NCBI GenBank assembly: GCA_965219575.1
Contig: OZ244779.1
Span: 364,769-428,768 of the forward strand
Reading direction: 5' to 3'
Length of the DNA stretch: 64,000 bases
From: Candidatus Oxydemutatoraceae bacterium
GTDB lineage: Bacteria; Pseudomonadota; Gammaproteobacteria; Poriferisulfidales; Oxydemutatoraceae
In this document: in pieces, positions 62,171 to 64,000 of the stretch
Layout: every line of letters starts with the position of its first letter
Position numbering within the stretch: position 1 is the first letter of the stretch
The notes under the pieces: model-generated
What the model was told of the DNA's origin: nothing
Database searches by the model: none
The model's input: the letters and a program-made list of their open reading frames with translations, nothing else
Translations under genes and position numbers: made by a program

Positions 62171-62362
62171 CTACAACCAAGACGAAAAATTATCTAAAGA
62201 TTTTTCCGAACCGTCTTTATAACCCGCCGTATAAGCATCGCTTGCGCGCTGCTCTTCGCGCTCGGGATGTCCCAAATAACCGATTTGCCAGCCGATGATA
62301 TAGTCGGGTTGAACACCTGCTTCCTCCATTTTAGCCGTAGCTTCTCTATAAAACTTGTCCAT
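62171..62362 (-). CDS. Alvin_2107-like small protein associated with sulfur oxidation
   Basis: YIIGWQ.GY..HP.REEQR..DAY.AGY.DG; AGGAG RBS. Confidence 0.75.
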   Translation of the reverse strand: MDKFYREATAKMEEAGVQPDYIIGWQIGYLGHPEREEQRASDAYTAGYKDGSEKSLDNFSSWL

Positions 62363-62379
62363 GTTTCTCCTTTTTTATA

Positions 62380-63492
62380 TTAATCAAGTGCCGCCTTAAA
62401 ACGAGCGTATGCCTCGCCGTTGTCGATTTGTTTAGCAATCGTTTTTGCAGCTTCGTTCAAAGATGTCTGCTTGCGCAAGTGAGACAATATAATAGCACCT
62501 CCGTAGATTAAGCTGTCAAGTGCTATGCCTTTTTCACCTTCTAAGGCACGGATGCCGACTTTTGCGGTAATCGCTGCCATGCTGTCTACGTCCAAAGCGG
62601 CACCGATATCGTCGCTCTGCACCGTTGCCTTAGGCAAATCGTCCGGAACCGGAACCGCTCTGACATTTTGTTTCCGCCCGCAACTATCGGGATCCAGATC
62701 CCGAGATTGTATCTCTGCATCCCCGTGATACTCGAACAGACGCGACGGCTGTTTTAACGAGGGTATGATTCCTCCCTCGTTGCCCTTCACCACCGCTGCA
62801 GAATCAAAAGACAAAAAGCGTGCTAAATCTAGATAGACGGGCGGGTATGCTTTATGAACATACCCGGTAACATAATGCGTTTTTTCCTTCCCTCTAATCG
62901 GACTTAGCAGAACTTCTATCGTCGTTAGCAGAGGACGTTTGACAATTCTGCTGCGTAGCGATTCGAGCTTATGCAGTGCGGGACAAAATTGACTCTGGTC
63001 AACATAAGCCCAACCCACATCGCCTAATAATTCGGCGGCATCGCGCGTCGTCCGATCGGTTTTTATGCCCGCAGCTCTCAAAATTTTAGCGTATGTTACA
63101 CCGTATTTGGGACCCACCAACTCTATGCCGTGAGCAAAAGTGGGGATTTCGCACGAGGCCAGCACCGCAGGCAAAAAAGGCGACATCGGCAAATGCCGCA
63201 GAAATCCATCGTACGGATCGGCAATATCCAAAACGGTTTTAACGCGAGCCGGAACAATATCCATTGTTTCTCGAATGGCTTGCAATGCACCTTTGTTCTC
63301 GTCTTGGGTTTCTCGCTTCATTCTCAGCGCAATCAAAAAAACACCCGCCTGCACCGGGTCTACCGCATCATCCAGTATTTGCCTCATTGCCGAATACGAC
63401 TCTTCAAAGTTCAAATCTTTGCTATATTCGGGACCTGTTGCAACCTTCTGGATGCAATGCCGCAAGGTTATTTCGGAAGTTTGTGTCGTCAT
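62380..63492 (-). CDS. Glycosyltransferase family 3 / anthranilate phosphoribosyltransferase-like protein
   Basis: IQKVATGPE.SKDL, FLIALRMKRET, GYVHKAY, KG.EG. Confidence 0.8.
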   Translation of the reverse strand: MTTQTSEITLRHCIQKVATGPEYSKDLNFEESYSAMRQILDDAVDPVQAGVFLIALRMKRETQDENKGALQAIRETMDIVPARVKTVLDIADPYDGFLRHLPMSPFLPAVLASCEIPTFAHGIELVGPKYGVTYAKILRAAGIKTDRTTRDAAELLGDVGWAYVDQSQFCPALHKLESLRSRIVKRPLLTTIEVLLSPIRGKEKTHYVTGYVHKAYPPVYLDLARFLSFDSAAVVKGNEGGIIPSLKQPSRLFEYHGDAEIQSRDLDPDSCGRKQNVRAVPVPDDLPKATVQSDDIGAALDVDSMAAITAKVGIRALEGEKGIALDSLIYGGAIILSHLRKQTSLNEAAKTIAKQIDNGEAYARFKAALD

Positions 63493-63527
63493 CTTTAATC
63501 TCTAAAACTTGTTAATTTCTCTACACG

Positions 63528-64000
63528 CTAAACACTTTTGAGCATGCTTATTTTTGCCAAAATGGTCTTAAACAGCTTTGCGTTCGCAGCCAATATGTTA
63601 CCAGAGCTTAAATGTTTTACACCCCCGCTGGTTTCCCCCACCAAGCCGCCCGCCTCTTTGACGATAATTTCTCCGGCGGCGATATCCCACGGCGATAAAC
63701 CAAACTCCCAAAATCCGTCGAAACGTCCGCAAGCGACATAAGCCATGTCCAAAGCGGCAGCCCCTGCACGACGCACATGCACATTTTCCTTCAGTAGCGT
63801 GTTCAGCACTTCTATATCGTGTTCTACATTTTGATCCAGCCTAAAAGGAAGACCGGTTCCCAACATCGCTCCTGCCAACCGTGTATGGTCGGAAACACGT
63901 ATCCTCCGTCTATTCAGGGTTGCACCCTCACCTTTTGCCGCTGCAAATAATTCATTCTTAAACGGATCGTATATTACACCCAGAATTACCAAGTCCTTAT
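63528..64000 (-). CDS. suhB: Inositol monophosphatase SuhB (5' end outside the window)
   Basis: GVIYDP, RRAGAAALDMAYVACGRFDGFWE, WDIAAG...EAGG. Confidence 0.92.
   Translation of the reverse strand, partial: KDLVILGVIYDPFKNELFAAAKGEGATLNRRRIRVSDHTRLAGAMLGTGLPFRLDQNVEHDIEVLNTLLKENVHVRRAGAAALDMAYVACGRFDGFWEFGLSPWDIAAGEIIVKEAGGLVGETSGGVKHLSSGNILAANAKLFKTILAKISMLKSV

Overview
Chromosomal segment of a sulfur-oxidising gammaproteobacterium, identified by reverse-type dsrABEFHCMK, a displaced dsrR-like gene and an Alvin_2107-like gene. The expanded secreted S8 proteases, LRR and SUMF1/FGE proteins and the sulfotransferase suggest a host-associated lifestyle such as an invertebrate symbiont (inference). 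Housekeeping blocks are the atp operon, gshB-ruvX-pyrR-pyrF, rpmH-rnpA-yidC-mnmE, gltD-hemE, gmk and suhB. About 13 intergenic sites carry a modular non-autonomous repeat built from GGGGCTGTTGAAAAAGT inverted termini, GTAG-type REP hairpins and other palindromes; many sit where conserved gene order is broken. A second MITE family has GG(G/C)AATTAT ends. Most notable observations: (1) a tandem pair of paralogous secreted repeat peptides, one an HvfA-like EGxCG Cys-repeat RiPP precursor with no modifying enzyme nearby and the other a His/Met-repeat version; (2) a shared C-terminal xRV(L/F)LEG(A/P)L motif on otherwise unrelated secreted proteins, a candidate sorting or anchoring signal; (3) four DUF1640/CCDC90-like coiled-coil membrane proteins with shuffled head and anchor modules; (4) a ~1,700-codon SF1 helicase/DUF559 nuclease frame interrupted by two in-frame stops. 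No rRNA, tRNA, CRISPR array or intact transposase was found. All family assignments come from motif recognition, not database searches.
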